This document shows positions 26,804 through 39,291 of a stretch of DNA of 64,000 nt, piece after piece. A program made the translations under genes and the position numbers. The notes beneath the pieces are model-generated. The model did no database searches, was not told the DNA's origin, and saw only the letters and a program-made list of their open reading frames with translations. The stretch lies in contig OX597821.1 in NCBI GenBank assembly GCA_951406725.2, forward strand, positions 30,256,001-30,320,000, in the 5' to 3' direction. Each line of letters starts with the position of its first letter. Within the stretch, counting starts at the first letter, position 1. The stretch comes from Octopus vulgaris (lineage: Eukaryota).

Positions 26804-27848
26804 TTATATGAACATGTGGTAGCAGCCATCCTGGTAAAAGAAAGTTTCGAGTTAGGGTCATTCAAGTTAACTCACAATTCCAAATTGCCCTGAACATGAA
26901 GGTTACGGCCCGTTACCCAGCAGTTTCAAATTTGGATAAGTTCTATTCACTCCTTACATTTTCTCCTCAATCTCCCACCTTTTGTCGAATCTTGGAGCAG
27001 AGCACTTTTCTATTCACCCTCATCTTTCTTTAATAAATTAGTTTAGCTTCAAGGACTTTCTGAATTGCTCATCTTTTAATATCTCTCTAAGTTTTAATTC
27101 CCGTTATCTTATCCAAGTCCATTATATCTAACTTTATAGCCTTCTGCACGAACCTGTTAAAGATTTCTTATTCCATTAATTTCTCCCTAATTCTCTTTCT
27201 CTTTCTATCACCCCCTCCACACACATCAAAATCACCTCCATACATTTTAATTCCAAATCTTATCGCAATATCTTCACTAACTCCATAAACCGTTCCTACT
27301 GAACTGTCGCTAAGATTTTCTTTTTTCTTCGCAAAAAAATTTCAATTCATCCATATTGAAAAAGTAATTTACTTTTACGCTGGTTGCCTCTAATTATATA
27401 CACACGAGTTAACGTTATTAGTAGCAGCGTAAAATGTATTAAGCGTAAAGCAAAAAAATCACAGTGGATCAGCTATCTTCTTGAAAGATTCTCCCCACTG
27501 ACTCTCGTACTTCATATTTCTTTTTCCAGCTGAGAAGCTTAATTCTGTTATTTATATACCTATATTCTTTACAATCAACTCTCCTCTATTTTCTGTTATC
27601 GCTACCAAATCTAAATACTTTATTAGCCAGAAATAAGATATCATGCCACAGACTATATTATTTTATGATCGACGCATGTCATTCCGATATTTGTATGTCG
27701 CTTCCTGTCATCGCAGAGAATTAAACTTCTCTATCAGATTATTTATCGTTAGTGACTCTAGATTTCCTGCAGCATCCTATCCTTCCTGCTCCAGTTGTAT
27801 TACATCCTGACTGTATACTTTTATGTGCATGTATAATATATGTACGTA

Positions 27849-27903
<55 letters not shown>

Positions 27904-27990
27904 GTACATATATATATATATATGCATATAAATATGTATATATATATACATACATACATATATATATATATATACACACACATATATATA

Positions 27991-28069
<79 letters not shown>

Positions 28070-28117
28070 TCATACACGCACACACACACAGACATATATA
28101 TATATATATATATATAA

Positions 28118-28320
28118 AGTTAATCCAAACAAGAAAGCACATAAAAGCACAACAACGCGAGGAGGTGGAACAAATATAATATTATTGAACGCTCAGGAAA
28201 GAAGGAGGGTTTAAAGTTTCGAGTGGAGCTCTTCGTCGGAAACATAGGAGGAGGAAATATCCAGAGAAGGGAAGACAGAGGAAAAAAATCGACAACCGTA
28301 CACGCGCGGTCACATTTTGA
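28118..28320 (-). mobile_element. Short pLTR-like repeat with a mutated hammerhead at 28209-28243
   Basis: Homologous to 11757-11960; GAAACTTT instead of GAAACGTT. Confidence 0.7.
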
Positions 28321-29529
28321 ATGTATATATATATATGTGTGTGCACCTGTGTGTGTATGTAGGGACACACATAAATATACATCTACGTATATGTATACCC
28401 CCCCACACACATACACAAACATATTTGTGTGTAAGTCAGTACGCTGTTTTCTGGTATAGTTGTCAAGTGCTTCCCGAAAGTTACAACTGTTCTATCTATT
28501 TAAACTCGTAATTGCGATTTGTAATTCTGCTTTTAACGGTGTTTGGCCACAAGTAAACCCCGATCGGGTAAGCCATATTACGGTAAGAGGCATTCCATTA
28601 TACACTCCTCTTTTCTAAGTGTGTAGAAAAGTTGCATCTACCATTTTGCCTATTTTGTTTATAACACATAGACGCGTTTTTTTTAAAATGATATTCATCT
28701 GCTATTTCTAATAATTCGAGTGATAAGTTGGCGCACGTTTTATTAACATTAATACCGTACTAACAAGAATAACTGCCTAATATTTTCCCAGCGTACCTCC
28801 AGATTGTATAAAGGTGTTCACACTAAATAACACAGAGATTTGTTCCATCAAGAGTTCTTTGGAAACCTACGGTTGTGCAAGAGATCTTTAAGAGTTCCTC
28901 CAGAAAGACTGACAGATAGACTAATTATATAACAATGCATTTCTTATTTTTCACTGTAATAATATTTTCGTAATTGTATTAGACACGCACATCGTATCTG
29001 ACACACTGGCATCTGTCAAGGTTAACATGTTTCTAGGGAGAAATTATGTTCCTTTAATACGGAATTAGGGGGAAAGTTTGAATAATCTTTTTTTCAGATA
29101 AAATTTCTTAAAATGTCTTAGTGGTGTCTAAGTGCTGTCAAATTTTCAAAGACAATTATAATCGATTTAAAATATTATCAAATTTAAATCTATGAATAAG
29201 AAGGTTTTGTAAAGATTTATAATATTCTTTTTCATGTATGTGTTCTCTGAGATTTCTAAGGAAATCCAAGGATTTCAAAAGAACACAGAACTGCTCTCAC
29301 TTGTTTCTACGTCATAGCAACAGCCAATCTCACTCATATTATAGTTTGACTTCCTTGAGATAAAAATTGGAATTTCGTATTCTGCGGTGTAGTCAAAATA
29401 ACTGATTCTGAAAATACGTGATGGATGCTTATATCTACACAATTTTTGATTTATCGCCATTTCAAATGTACATGATAAGAATCCCATTCCTATTAGGTTT
29501 TCCGAGGAATTTTCCACTTTTCCACTTTT

Positions 29530-29950
29530 CACCAGACATTTAACTGTGGCCATGCTGGGGCACCGCCTTGGATAATTTTTAATCAAATGGTACGGTCTCA
29601 GTACTTATTTTAAGACCCGTATTTATTCTGTCCGTCTTTTTTTGCCGACGTGTTAAGATACTAGGACATATACAAACCAGCAATGATTGCCAATTATTGG
29701 TGGGGGACAAATACAGACACGAAGACACACACAGACACGAAGACACACACAGACATATAGATACACACGCATAGATACAGACACACCTGTATACGACGGG
29801 TTTCTTTCAAATTCCGTCTACCAAATCCACTTGCAAGGGTTTGGTTGGACTGAGGCTATAGGGGAAGATACTTGCCGAAGGTGCCACATAGTTAGACTGA
29901 ACCAGGAACCATGTTGTTTGGAAGCAAGCTTCTTAGCACGCAGCCATGCC
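29530..29950 (-). mobile_element. SINE family A, diverged
   Basis: ttccgtctaccaaatccact...tggccatgctgggg. Confidence 0.75.
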
Positions 29951-31009
29951 TTCACTAACATTGTCTGCATATTAAGTAATACTTACATTCAATATACATT
30001 TAAAAATACTTTTCCTTGCAGAGCTAGATAAAACCGTCGTCAGCCAGCGCGGGTGAGGCTGCTAGCATCAGATGTTGCTGTGTATGGCGTCACTTGCCCT
30101 CTGTCTGCCACGTCGTTTTACATACTTCTAATCGTATTTTCTAGTTTCATTGCTGTTTTAGATTGAACAGTGTGGTTTGAGGATCGCTTTGCTTGCATTT
30201 CTATAAGCGTGACAGTTTATATGCTTCCACACTGGCTCCATCGGAGTTTCAGATATCAGAGGTAGTGTCATAACAGCTGTTTCAAGAGCAACGGCGGAAT
30301 CAAGATCATCAATTTTCAAACAAGATAATTGAAAACATATTCATTGTATTTCTACTTCACTGATTTATAACGCAATAGTCTAGAGACCATCTAGAGATTT
30401 TCGAAAGTCAGTCCGAAAAGATAAATCGCATTAAAAATTCAGTAACATTAGTCTACAGTCTGCAAATACGACTAAAATATATACCTTACAGATATACTAA
30501 ATTTTAATGAAAACAACACAACAGTAGCATTAGGATTTATTGGCATTTCCATATATGATAAGGCTGTGAGGTCTAGACGAATAACTAGTAGGAAACTGAA
30601 ATTATGATGACCACTAAAGTTCAATATTTTTCCGTGATAAATACAACTAGTACTACAACTCAAAATTTGCGAATTCGACAGAGATTTACCCAAGTGAAGT
30701 GAGTGGCGAGTATATGTTGTTGGGTGTCAGATTTAAAACATCGCCACGGTTAACATAATTGTTTGACTTTAATGATGATGTTCATATTGTCACGGATATT
30801 CATTAGATCTCGATGAACATTGAATCATTTCACCTTGCCTCCCATCAATGAGATTCTAGAAACCCGACCCCAAACTCACAGAGACACATTAACTGATATA
30901 CATAAAGACATACAAATTCCTCATATCATTTGAAACTTTTTCATAATGCATTTTTCCTTTGCTGTATTAATCTATAACTTGAATTTTTATTTTTGATGTA
31001 ATTATGTTG

Positions 31010-31620
31010 GAAATAAAATTTCCGGTAGTTTGAAATAAGGTAAAGGATGACTCGTCCGAGAATATAACATTCTTCCGCTGCTCTATGGACCAATTCTGTA
31101 GGTTTTTACTCCACTCTAAACGCTATGCACGTTTGTTTGTGAAAGTAGTGATTTTCTGATTGCAGCCCTCCCGTGAAATTCAGATTTGTGCAGATGCTGG
31201 CGAACTTTTGTGATCCTTTCTAACAGATGGCATAAGAGTCCGTTGGTCCCTATCTGAAAGTTTTGGTTTTGTTCCGGAGCTTTGTTTTGACGAGTTTTTT
31301 CCCTCTTTCTTAAAGGCTGTCATTACTTTCGAGACAGTACTTCTTGATAGACCAAACATTTCGGTTATCGTTACGCTAGCGACTGCCATACAGGCACCAA
31401 CAATTTGAGCTCTTTGAAATTCCAATAAATTTGTCATTTTAATGAATTTTAATTACCTTTTTCTAATGATATCTGAAAAGAAAGAGCAATTTTAGCAAAA
31501 TTAAGCAACAGTAATAATAAATAAAAAATAAAATCAACATAGTTTTGATGGTTTTATAGATATTTCAAAATTATGATGATATGATGCTAGCTTTTTCCAT
31601 TATATTGCCCAGCCCCTTAT
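31010..31620 (-). mobile_element. Tc1-like transposon 5' part: TIR plus HTH domain of the transposase
   Basis: ORF 31180-31437 MTNLLEFQRAQIVGACMAVASVT...SRSTVSKV...GTKPKLSDRDQRTL; TIR at about 31592-31620 matches an isolated TIR at 24002-24030. Confidence 0.85.
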
Positions 31621-32274
31621 GTATATACCTGTAGTGAGAATATATCTTCAGTATCAAGTATTGATATGGCTGCGTGTATATTATTACAAGAATTCTTACA
31701 GAGAACAAGAACAAATTTTAGAACTATATATTTACTACATAAAATATATATACTACATAATAATATATTTCCTTAATTCGTCGAGGATGAAACATAATTA
31801 AAATGTTGAATCTAGTTGAATGAAATAGTCTATGCAAGAAAATTCAGAAATAGGAAATGTAGAAATAACAGCTAAATAGAGGTTTTCAGTCATGTGGCGT
31901 AGAGAAATAGAAGGACATAGCAACGATGTGAGTGGCTCTGAGTCTAATCGACTAAGATGCAAAGAGCAGGGTAAGCAAGCTGTTTTTATTGATAGAACGC
32001 TAGACATTCTAGAAACTTCCAAGGGAAACGCGAAGCTTCTTGAATAATTAAGAATTACATCTCATGGCACAGATGCCTCGAGACACTTAGTAAAGGGAGG
32101 TTACTCTATAAAGCTTCTTGCAAGATAGATCATTCAACTATTTAGCTGCAGACTACTACATGCTCATAAAATGAGAATAAAAATCACGTTAGTGCTTATT
32201 ATCAGCTAGTTAGCATAGAATAATAATTTATAAGTAATTTATATATTAAATTAATAATTTTATGTACATATATT

Positions 32275-32435
32275 TAATTATAATAAGGGAGAAGGTCAAA
32301 AAATGACTTTTTTCCTCCATGCTGAATGAATGTCGAAGGGAATGCGATGCATGATTTCGTTTCATGCTCTGATTTGACATTCATTCAGCATGGAGGAGAA
32401 AAGTCATTTTTCGACTATCTTCCTTAAAATAATTA
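32275..32435. mobile_element. Small foldback/MITE with inverted arms of about 60 bp, next to (TA)n
   Basis: aaaaatgac...cctccatgctgaatgaatgtc / gacattcattcagcatggagg...gtcattttt. Confidence 0.8.
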
Positions 32436-32463
32436 TATATATATATATATGTATATATCTATC

Positions 32464-32552
<89 letters not shown>

Positions 32553-32590
32553 TATCTATCTATGTATCTATCTATCTATATCTATCTATC

Positions 32591-32621
<31 letters not shown>

Positions 32622-32626
32622 CTATC

Positions 32627-32658
<32 letters not shown>

Positions 32659-33682
32659 CGTGTGTGTGTGTGTGTGTATGTATATATATATATGTATGTA
32701 TATGTATATGTATATGTGTGTGTGTGTGTTTGTTTTGTATCCACAAACACTCGGCATGTACGATGCATAATTTAGTATGACGATATCCTTGCAAAATCCA
32801 AAGGCGTGTGACCGCTAATCTAATGGGAAGAAAGCTTGTCATTTTCACCCTAATATAAAACCCCGTGACTACCCACTCTTGTGTAATGCAGTGCTATGTA
32901 CAATCGAAGCCATACATGCTAACCCGTGAATTCAAAATGCTATACGTATTTCTCTTCCACCATGCCTCTCTGTCTGTCATGTTTCTCATTCTTTCTCTCT
33001 CTCTCTGTATATATATATATATATGGATGGCTGTATACATACAGGCGTATGCTCTAAAGGAGTGAGATTTAGATAATTTTATCATGAGTGAGTAAAGTTA
33101 CTATGTTTTGTGCGGTAGCATTTTCCTGAACCAATTTAAACTGAACTGAGATATATATCACACGAACTCTAGGGAATGCGATGCAGGATTTCGTTTTACT
33201 GCTCTGTATATCCTGAAGAGTGTCTGAAGTAACACCCTTCTACCGTAGGTGATCTCACATGTCATAATAGAACGCTTCAATCAGTGCTAGAAGCGAAGTG
33301 ATTTACTCGGCTTTCTTCAGAACCTGATGCAGAGATACGCTATCAACTAAATCAAGAATACATAATGTCTGCTGCAGCTATCTCATTCAGAAAAATGTGT
33401 AAAGTGTTGAATGATCAACATGGTGAAAACACTGAGATTGGGCACACAACAAACAAATACTACAATTTCACCGCGTAACAAAATATTTATTTATTTACCT
33501 TTGTCTTTCGTCTGTAAGTGTTATTTTCTATTTGCTTGTATCTAGAAATCAAAGGAAATTACTGCTATTCCCTCCAGACATTGCTTTTGTTACCTGGATA
33601 TCACTTATCATTTCAAATACATATAACGCTGAGTTTCGAAAATATATTGGTACTTTTCCTCAAGTTCCGTGTAGTGTTATAA

Positions 33683-33756
<74 letters not shown>

Positions 33757-33760
<4 letters not shown>

Positions 33761-33910
33761 AATTCCACCGAGGTCGACTTTGCCTTTCATCCTTTCTGGG
33801 TCGATTAAATAAGTACCTGTTATGCACTGGTGTCGATGTAATCGACTTAATCCCTTTGTCTGTCCTTGTTTGTCAGCTCTGTGTTTAGCCCACTGTGGGT
33901 AATGAAAAAG
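33757..33910 (+). mobile_element. SINE family B, 5' truncated
   Basis: gaggtcgactttgcctttcatcctt. Confidence 0.8.
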
Positions 33911-33971
<61 letters not shown>

Positions 33972-33978
33972 AACAAAC

Positions 33979-34651
33979 AAGGATAGGGTAAACGTTTTTA
34001 TTTCTCTTTCCATTTCAGAATTACAACTATTAGTGGTTTGGAGTTTAACTGCTCTTTCTAGTGAGTCGGATGTCCTATTGTGGCCATCCCTTATATGTTT
34101 GAATGTATATTACATAGTCTATTGACTATTTTTTCTTTCTCACCTGACCGCTGGTAGTAGAGAATTTTTCTAGAATTTTTTGCTACTCTAAAAATTATTA
34201 ATTAATGATTTTTTGGCTAATTTTGAAGTTAAATCGGTAGTTTATATTTACTGCTGAGAAAACCGCGCGAGAGTGGTGGATTTTAAAAAGTTATAGCATA
34301 TAGACTCGAGGCATGGCTATTATCGCCTCGTGGCTATATGCTAGTCCTTGGCTTTCTGCTGAAGAGTGCAACGCCAGTCGTAAATAAATTTATTCTATTT
34401 ACAAAAGATTGCCGAAACTATGCATAGTCCAGAAAGGATAGGGTAAACGGTTTTATTTCTCTTTCCATTTCAGAATTACAACTATTAGTGGTTTGGAGTT
34501 TAACTGCTCTTTCTAGTGAGTCGGATGTCCTGTTATGGCCATCCCTTATATGTTTGAATGTATATTACATAGTCTATTGACTATTTTTTCTTTCTCACTT
34601 CACCGCTGGTAGTGGAGAATTTTTCTAGAATTTTTGCTACCCTAAAATTTA

Positions 34652-34655
<4 letters not shown>
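33979..34655 (+). mobile_element. Retrozyme-like element: about 1.5 tandem units of 455 bp inside (TA)n
   Basis: aaggatagggtaaac at 33979 and 34434; hammerhead at the unit junction. Confidence 0.85.
34352..34436 (+). ncRNA. Type I hammerhead ribozyme with canonical core; predicted cleavage after 34429
   Basis: ctttctg-CTGAAGA-gtgcaa...ttgcc-GAAACTATGCATA-GTC-cagaaag; 7-bp stem I and palindromic stem III. Confidence 0.85.
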
Positions 34656-34711
<56 letters not shown>

Positions 34712-34714
34712 TAT

Positions 34715-35030
34715 CACCGTGATCAAGGTGACCGACCGGGCTATCAGATGTTGCTAAACATCGCTGGTCACTATGCTCTTCTCATTGTTTTAGCCTTGAA
34801 ATGACGCCACCCCGCTGGCTAAGCTAGCAGGCCAACAGAAGAAAGAGTGACAGAAAGTTGTAGCGAAATAGTACAGCAGGGATCGCCACCACCTCGTGCC
34901 GGAGCCGCGTGGAGCTTTAGGTGTTTTCGCTCAATAAACATTTACAACACCTGGTTTGGAAACCGAAACCACGATCCTACAATCGCGAGTCCGCTGCCTT
35001 AACCACTGGGCCATTGCCTTAACCACTGGG
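34715..35030 (-). mobile_element. SINE family C (tail type 2)
   Basis: Reverse complement of the 16151 copy, with a complete tail. Confidence 0.85.
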
Positions 35031-35045
35031 CCTATATATATTATA

Positions 35046-35440
35046 GGTGCAGGAGTGGCTGTGTGGTAAGTAGCTTGTTTACCAACCACATGGTTCCGGG
35101 TTCAGTCCCACTGCATGGCACCTTGGGCAAGTGTCTTCTACTATAGCCTCGGGCCGACCAAAGCCTTGTGAGTGGATTTGGTAGACGGAAACCGAAAGAA
35201 GCCCGTCGTATGTGTGTTATTTGTGTGTCCGTGTTTGTTCCCCTAGCATTGCTTGACAACCGATGCTGGTGTGTTTATGTCCCCGTCACTTAGCAGTTCG
35301 GCAAAAGAGACCGATAGAATAAGTACTGGGCTTACAAAGAATAAGTGCCGGGGTCGAGTTGCTCGATTAAAGGCGGTGCTCCAGCATGGCCGCAGTCAAA
35401 TGACTGAAACAAGTAAAAGAGTAAAAAGAGTAAAGAGAGT
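35046..35440 (+). mobile_element. SINE family A, full length
   Basis: A-box tggctgtgtggt, B-box ggttcagtcc, (AAGAGTA)n-like tail. Confidence 0.9.
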
Positions 35441-35940
35441 ATATATATAAGACGGAGAAAAGGTAGAATTGTTTGGACGCCAAGCGCAATGCTTAGCAAC
35501 ATTTTGTCTGTCTTTACATTCTGAGTTCAAGTGCCTCCGGGGTCGATTTTACCTTTCAACCCATTTCTGAGTCCAAGTTGACTCATCCCTTTCCCCATAA
35601 TTGCTGGCCTTATGCCACACTTAGAATCCAGTATATAAACGAAGTGGTTCTCAAAGCCCTGAAGGCAATGGCTAATTATTTTCACTTTTATGACTTTTGA
35701 ACTGAGAGAGGCGTGGAGGGAGTCTCTCTGCTAGGTCTCGATTTGACCGTAAGGAAAGTCAGACATTTTCTTTCAAGAACTACGTGGTATATAGGTAGAT
35801 ATGATGTGTCTCTTTCTGTCACTTATTGGAAATGTGACGTTATATTCATACACAAACGCGCACACGCACGCACATACTTACACGCACATACATACGTATA
35901 TATATATACATACATACATACATGCATGCATACATACATC

Positions 35941-36058
35941 GGCGCAGGCGTTGCACCTTGGGCAAGTCTCTTCTACTATCGCTTCGAGCCTACCAAATCC
36001 TTGTGAGACGGAAAGGGAAAGAAGCCCGTCTCATATATATATATACATATATATACAT

Positions 36059-36095
<37 letters not shown>

Positions 36096-36285
36096 GTTAT
36101 GTGTCTGCGCTTGTCCTCACGCTAACGATTGACAACCGTCTTAGCGATCCGACACAAGAGACCGATAGAATAAGTACAAGGCTTACAAAAATATGCCCTG
36201 CAGTGGATTTCTTCGACATAGACCCTGTAGAGCAGTGCTACAGCATGACCTCTGTCAAATGATTAAAACAAGTAAAAGAATAAAA
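35941..36285 (+). mobile_element. SINE family A, internally deleted
   Basis: caccttgggcaagt...gaccgatagaataagtac. Confidence 0.7.
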
Positions 36286-36807
36286 GCATAAATACATACA
36301 TACATACACTATACTTTGTGTAGTGTTTTAAAGCTATATTTATATGTAATCACACACAGTCTCTCTCTCTTCCTCTCTCTCTCTCTAGTATGCGCTCGCA
36401 GAAGCAGACACACATAAGCTCAGGCATACACACACACACACACACATATTTAATTTCCTCATCGACTGTATTGTCAGTTTATTTACGTATAGTCCTGCCT
36501 GGAAAGAGTCTTTATAAAATTCTGAAACTATATAAAAATAGGGACATGCGAACCTACGAAATGCGGAAAGAAAAATAGAAAATGAAAGCAAATTAATTGA
36601 AGGATGAAATACATCAGTAAGTGAAGCGAACGTTTAAATTTCCCTTGATACATTTCTCAATTAACCCTCGGGCTGTTGCACGCTTTTATAGGAAATTGTT
36701 GAGGAATAAATAGGTCTTCCTTGTTCAATAACAGCCACTGAATTCAATAATATCGACTTCTTTCTATTATCTCTGCTTGCTTTTTTGTCTGTTTATTAAT
36801 ATTTTTA

Positions 36808-36885
<78 letters not shown>

Positions 36886-37454
36886 TTTATATATATGTAT
36901 CTATCCATATAAATATATCTATCTATCTCTGTAGGTATATATATAAATATATATATACCTAAATAGACAGATAGATTGTTAGGTATATATACGATATAAA
37001 TAAATGTATATCTATTTGTGAGTGTGGGTGTTTGTACTACCTTTGTATTTGCTTTTCCTTTTTGTTTAAACATTTCTTAGCTTTTGTAACAATGTTTCCA
37101 ATATCGAGTAAATAAGAGTAGATTACTTTCTTATTTCCATATTGTTATCATATTTAACTCTTATTTCATTTTCCAAGTTGCATTCCAACAATAATGATAA
37201 TATCAAATATAGGTACAAAGATGGTAGTTTTAAGAGGTTGGTGTAAGTGAATACCGTTAACTCTCCTTCTTGACGGGTGCTTGATGTCTCTTTCTTGACG
37301 GGTGCTTGATGATATGGATACTAGAAAGGTGACATTCAAATTTAACCTTGGTCGAATTTGAACTCAGTACTTAGAAATTCGGAAGAAATAACGGAAGGCA
37401 TTTTGCCCGACATTTCAACAATTTTACCCAATGGTTGCTTTAATATTGGTAATG

Positions 37455-37635
37455 AAAATCAGAAACGTTTGCAGGCCGGATGAAATACGTAGTGGTATTT
37501 CGTCTGTCTTTACGCTGTGAGTTCGAATTTCACCGAGGTCGACTGTGTCTTTCATCCTTTCGGGGTCGATAAATTAAGTACCAGTTGCATACTGGGCCAC
37601 CAATATTTTGTGCCTTAAGCCTAGAGTAGAAAAAA
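37455..37635 (+). mobile_element. SINE family B
   Basis: catcctttcggggtcgataaattaagtaccag. Confidence 0.8.
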
Positions 37636-38199
37636 CAAAGGTAATTTTTTTGAATCACGAGCCAAATATTGTAGACAGTACAAAAAAAAAGCAGGATTTA
37701 ATGCAAGGAAATTTTTCATCGATTATGTAATATAATAGATAGAACATAATGCTGGCAAATATAGAGAATAACAATAAGTGCCTAGTGGGCAGGACAGCAC
37801 GCTAGTTACAAGGAAGAAATCTCATAAGTTCAAAATTCACCTCACCATCAATGAAACTTACCCCTTCCAGGTCATCATTATGGAGCTGAAAGTAACATAC
37901 TGGGAAGAGGGCCATTTCACCCATATTGAGTGAAATGGCCCATTCTTGACATTTCGAGCTGGAGCTCAGCATCTCTATCTCCCTTTTCGCACTCTCTTAA
38001 TTGTTATCTGAAATATCTATGAGTACTTTTCGGAGGAGCCAGTTGTCTTGTCACCGGACTTTTTTCATCCCGTCTACCATCATACATTCAAAAGAAAAAA
38101 AGAAAGCAGGGTAAGTTTCCTTAATAACTTGCTCGATACCCGGATTCGTCACCCGCACCACAGCTTCGTCCTCCTGCATGTATCTCGAAACTTGCATTT

Positions 38200-38620
38200 G
38201 TCTAGAGCTGCCAATCCTCATCGATAAATTGTGAGTTATCCATAATACTTTGACCGTAACTGTTCATCCAGATCATTCTCCATGATTCCCGCATTTTTAG
38301 AGAGCATGATGAGAGTCCACACGGGGATGTCACACCATATTTTCAAACTGGCTGGATAGTGTGATTGTTTGATAACATTCTAGAATCAGAATACGAGACT
38401 AAGTCATTCTTTGATCCAAGATTGGAGCGCCAACGAGAAAAAAAGGGGCCTAGAAAACGGACTTTACTAACGATGGCGAAACCAGCTGGATGACCATTAA
38501 TTTGTGAGTTGCTGAGTTGGTGTAGCATCAGAACTAGTTTGTTCACTGCCAATCACGGCATACGTAGAAGACGATGAAGGTGTTTAGAACAGCTGACCGC
38601 GGAGAATCGAATAATGGTCA
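38200..38620 (-). pseudogene. Possible very decayed Tc1-like transposase C-terminal part
   Basis: Minus-strand HYPASLKIWC and GIMENDLDEQLR loosely resemble Tc1 VMVWG and NPIENLW motifs. Confidence 0.3.
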
Positions 38621-38623
38621 GGC

Positions 38624-38751
<128 letters not shown>

Positions 38752-38754
38752 ATA

Positions 38755-38968
38755 TACTAAGTAATTAAGGGTTTAGCAACGATTTGCCTCACCACACACC
38801 GAATTTAGAAATAGCAGTCAAAGAGTTATAGCTATTCCTTTCTACTAAAGGGAGATCTCAGTAAAACCACAGCACTTGAAAGGCAAACACAGACAGGCAA
38901 GAGAGAAAGAAAATGACGACAATCGATCATACAATAAAAAGTCACCTACGGACGTACGTTTCGAAATC
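38755..38968 (-). mobile_element. Truncated retrozyme/pLTR-like element with the 3' half of a hammerhead
   Basis: Terminal motif shared with 23430 and 24533; minus-strand GAAAC-GTAC-GTC at 38951-38962; (TA)-type repeats on both sides. Confidence 0.6.
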
Positions 38969-38988
38969 GTATATATATATCTATATTT

Positions 38989-39021
<33 letters not shown>

Positions 39022-39089
39022 AAAGAATTGTTTGCGTAATAAGATTAAAAACCACAAGGCAGTTTAGATATTAGAGCATTCATAGATAG

Positions 39090-39141
39090 GTCTTACAGGT
39101 GTTTCTAAGATATTTATTAATTATATCCCTTCATCGGAGAC
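39090..39141 (-). ncRNA. Type I hammerhead motif
   Basis: Minus strand: gtct-CCGATGA-a-gggatat(aattaataa)atatctt-a-GAAAC-acct-GTA-agac. Confidence 0.65.
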
Positions 39142-39204
39142 GATGTGAGAAGATGGTTAAGTTATAGTTAGTTTAGATGTGACACATCTCTCTCTCTCTC
39201 CCTC

Positions 39205-39291
<87 letters not shown>

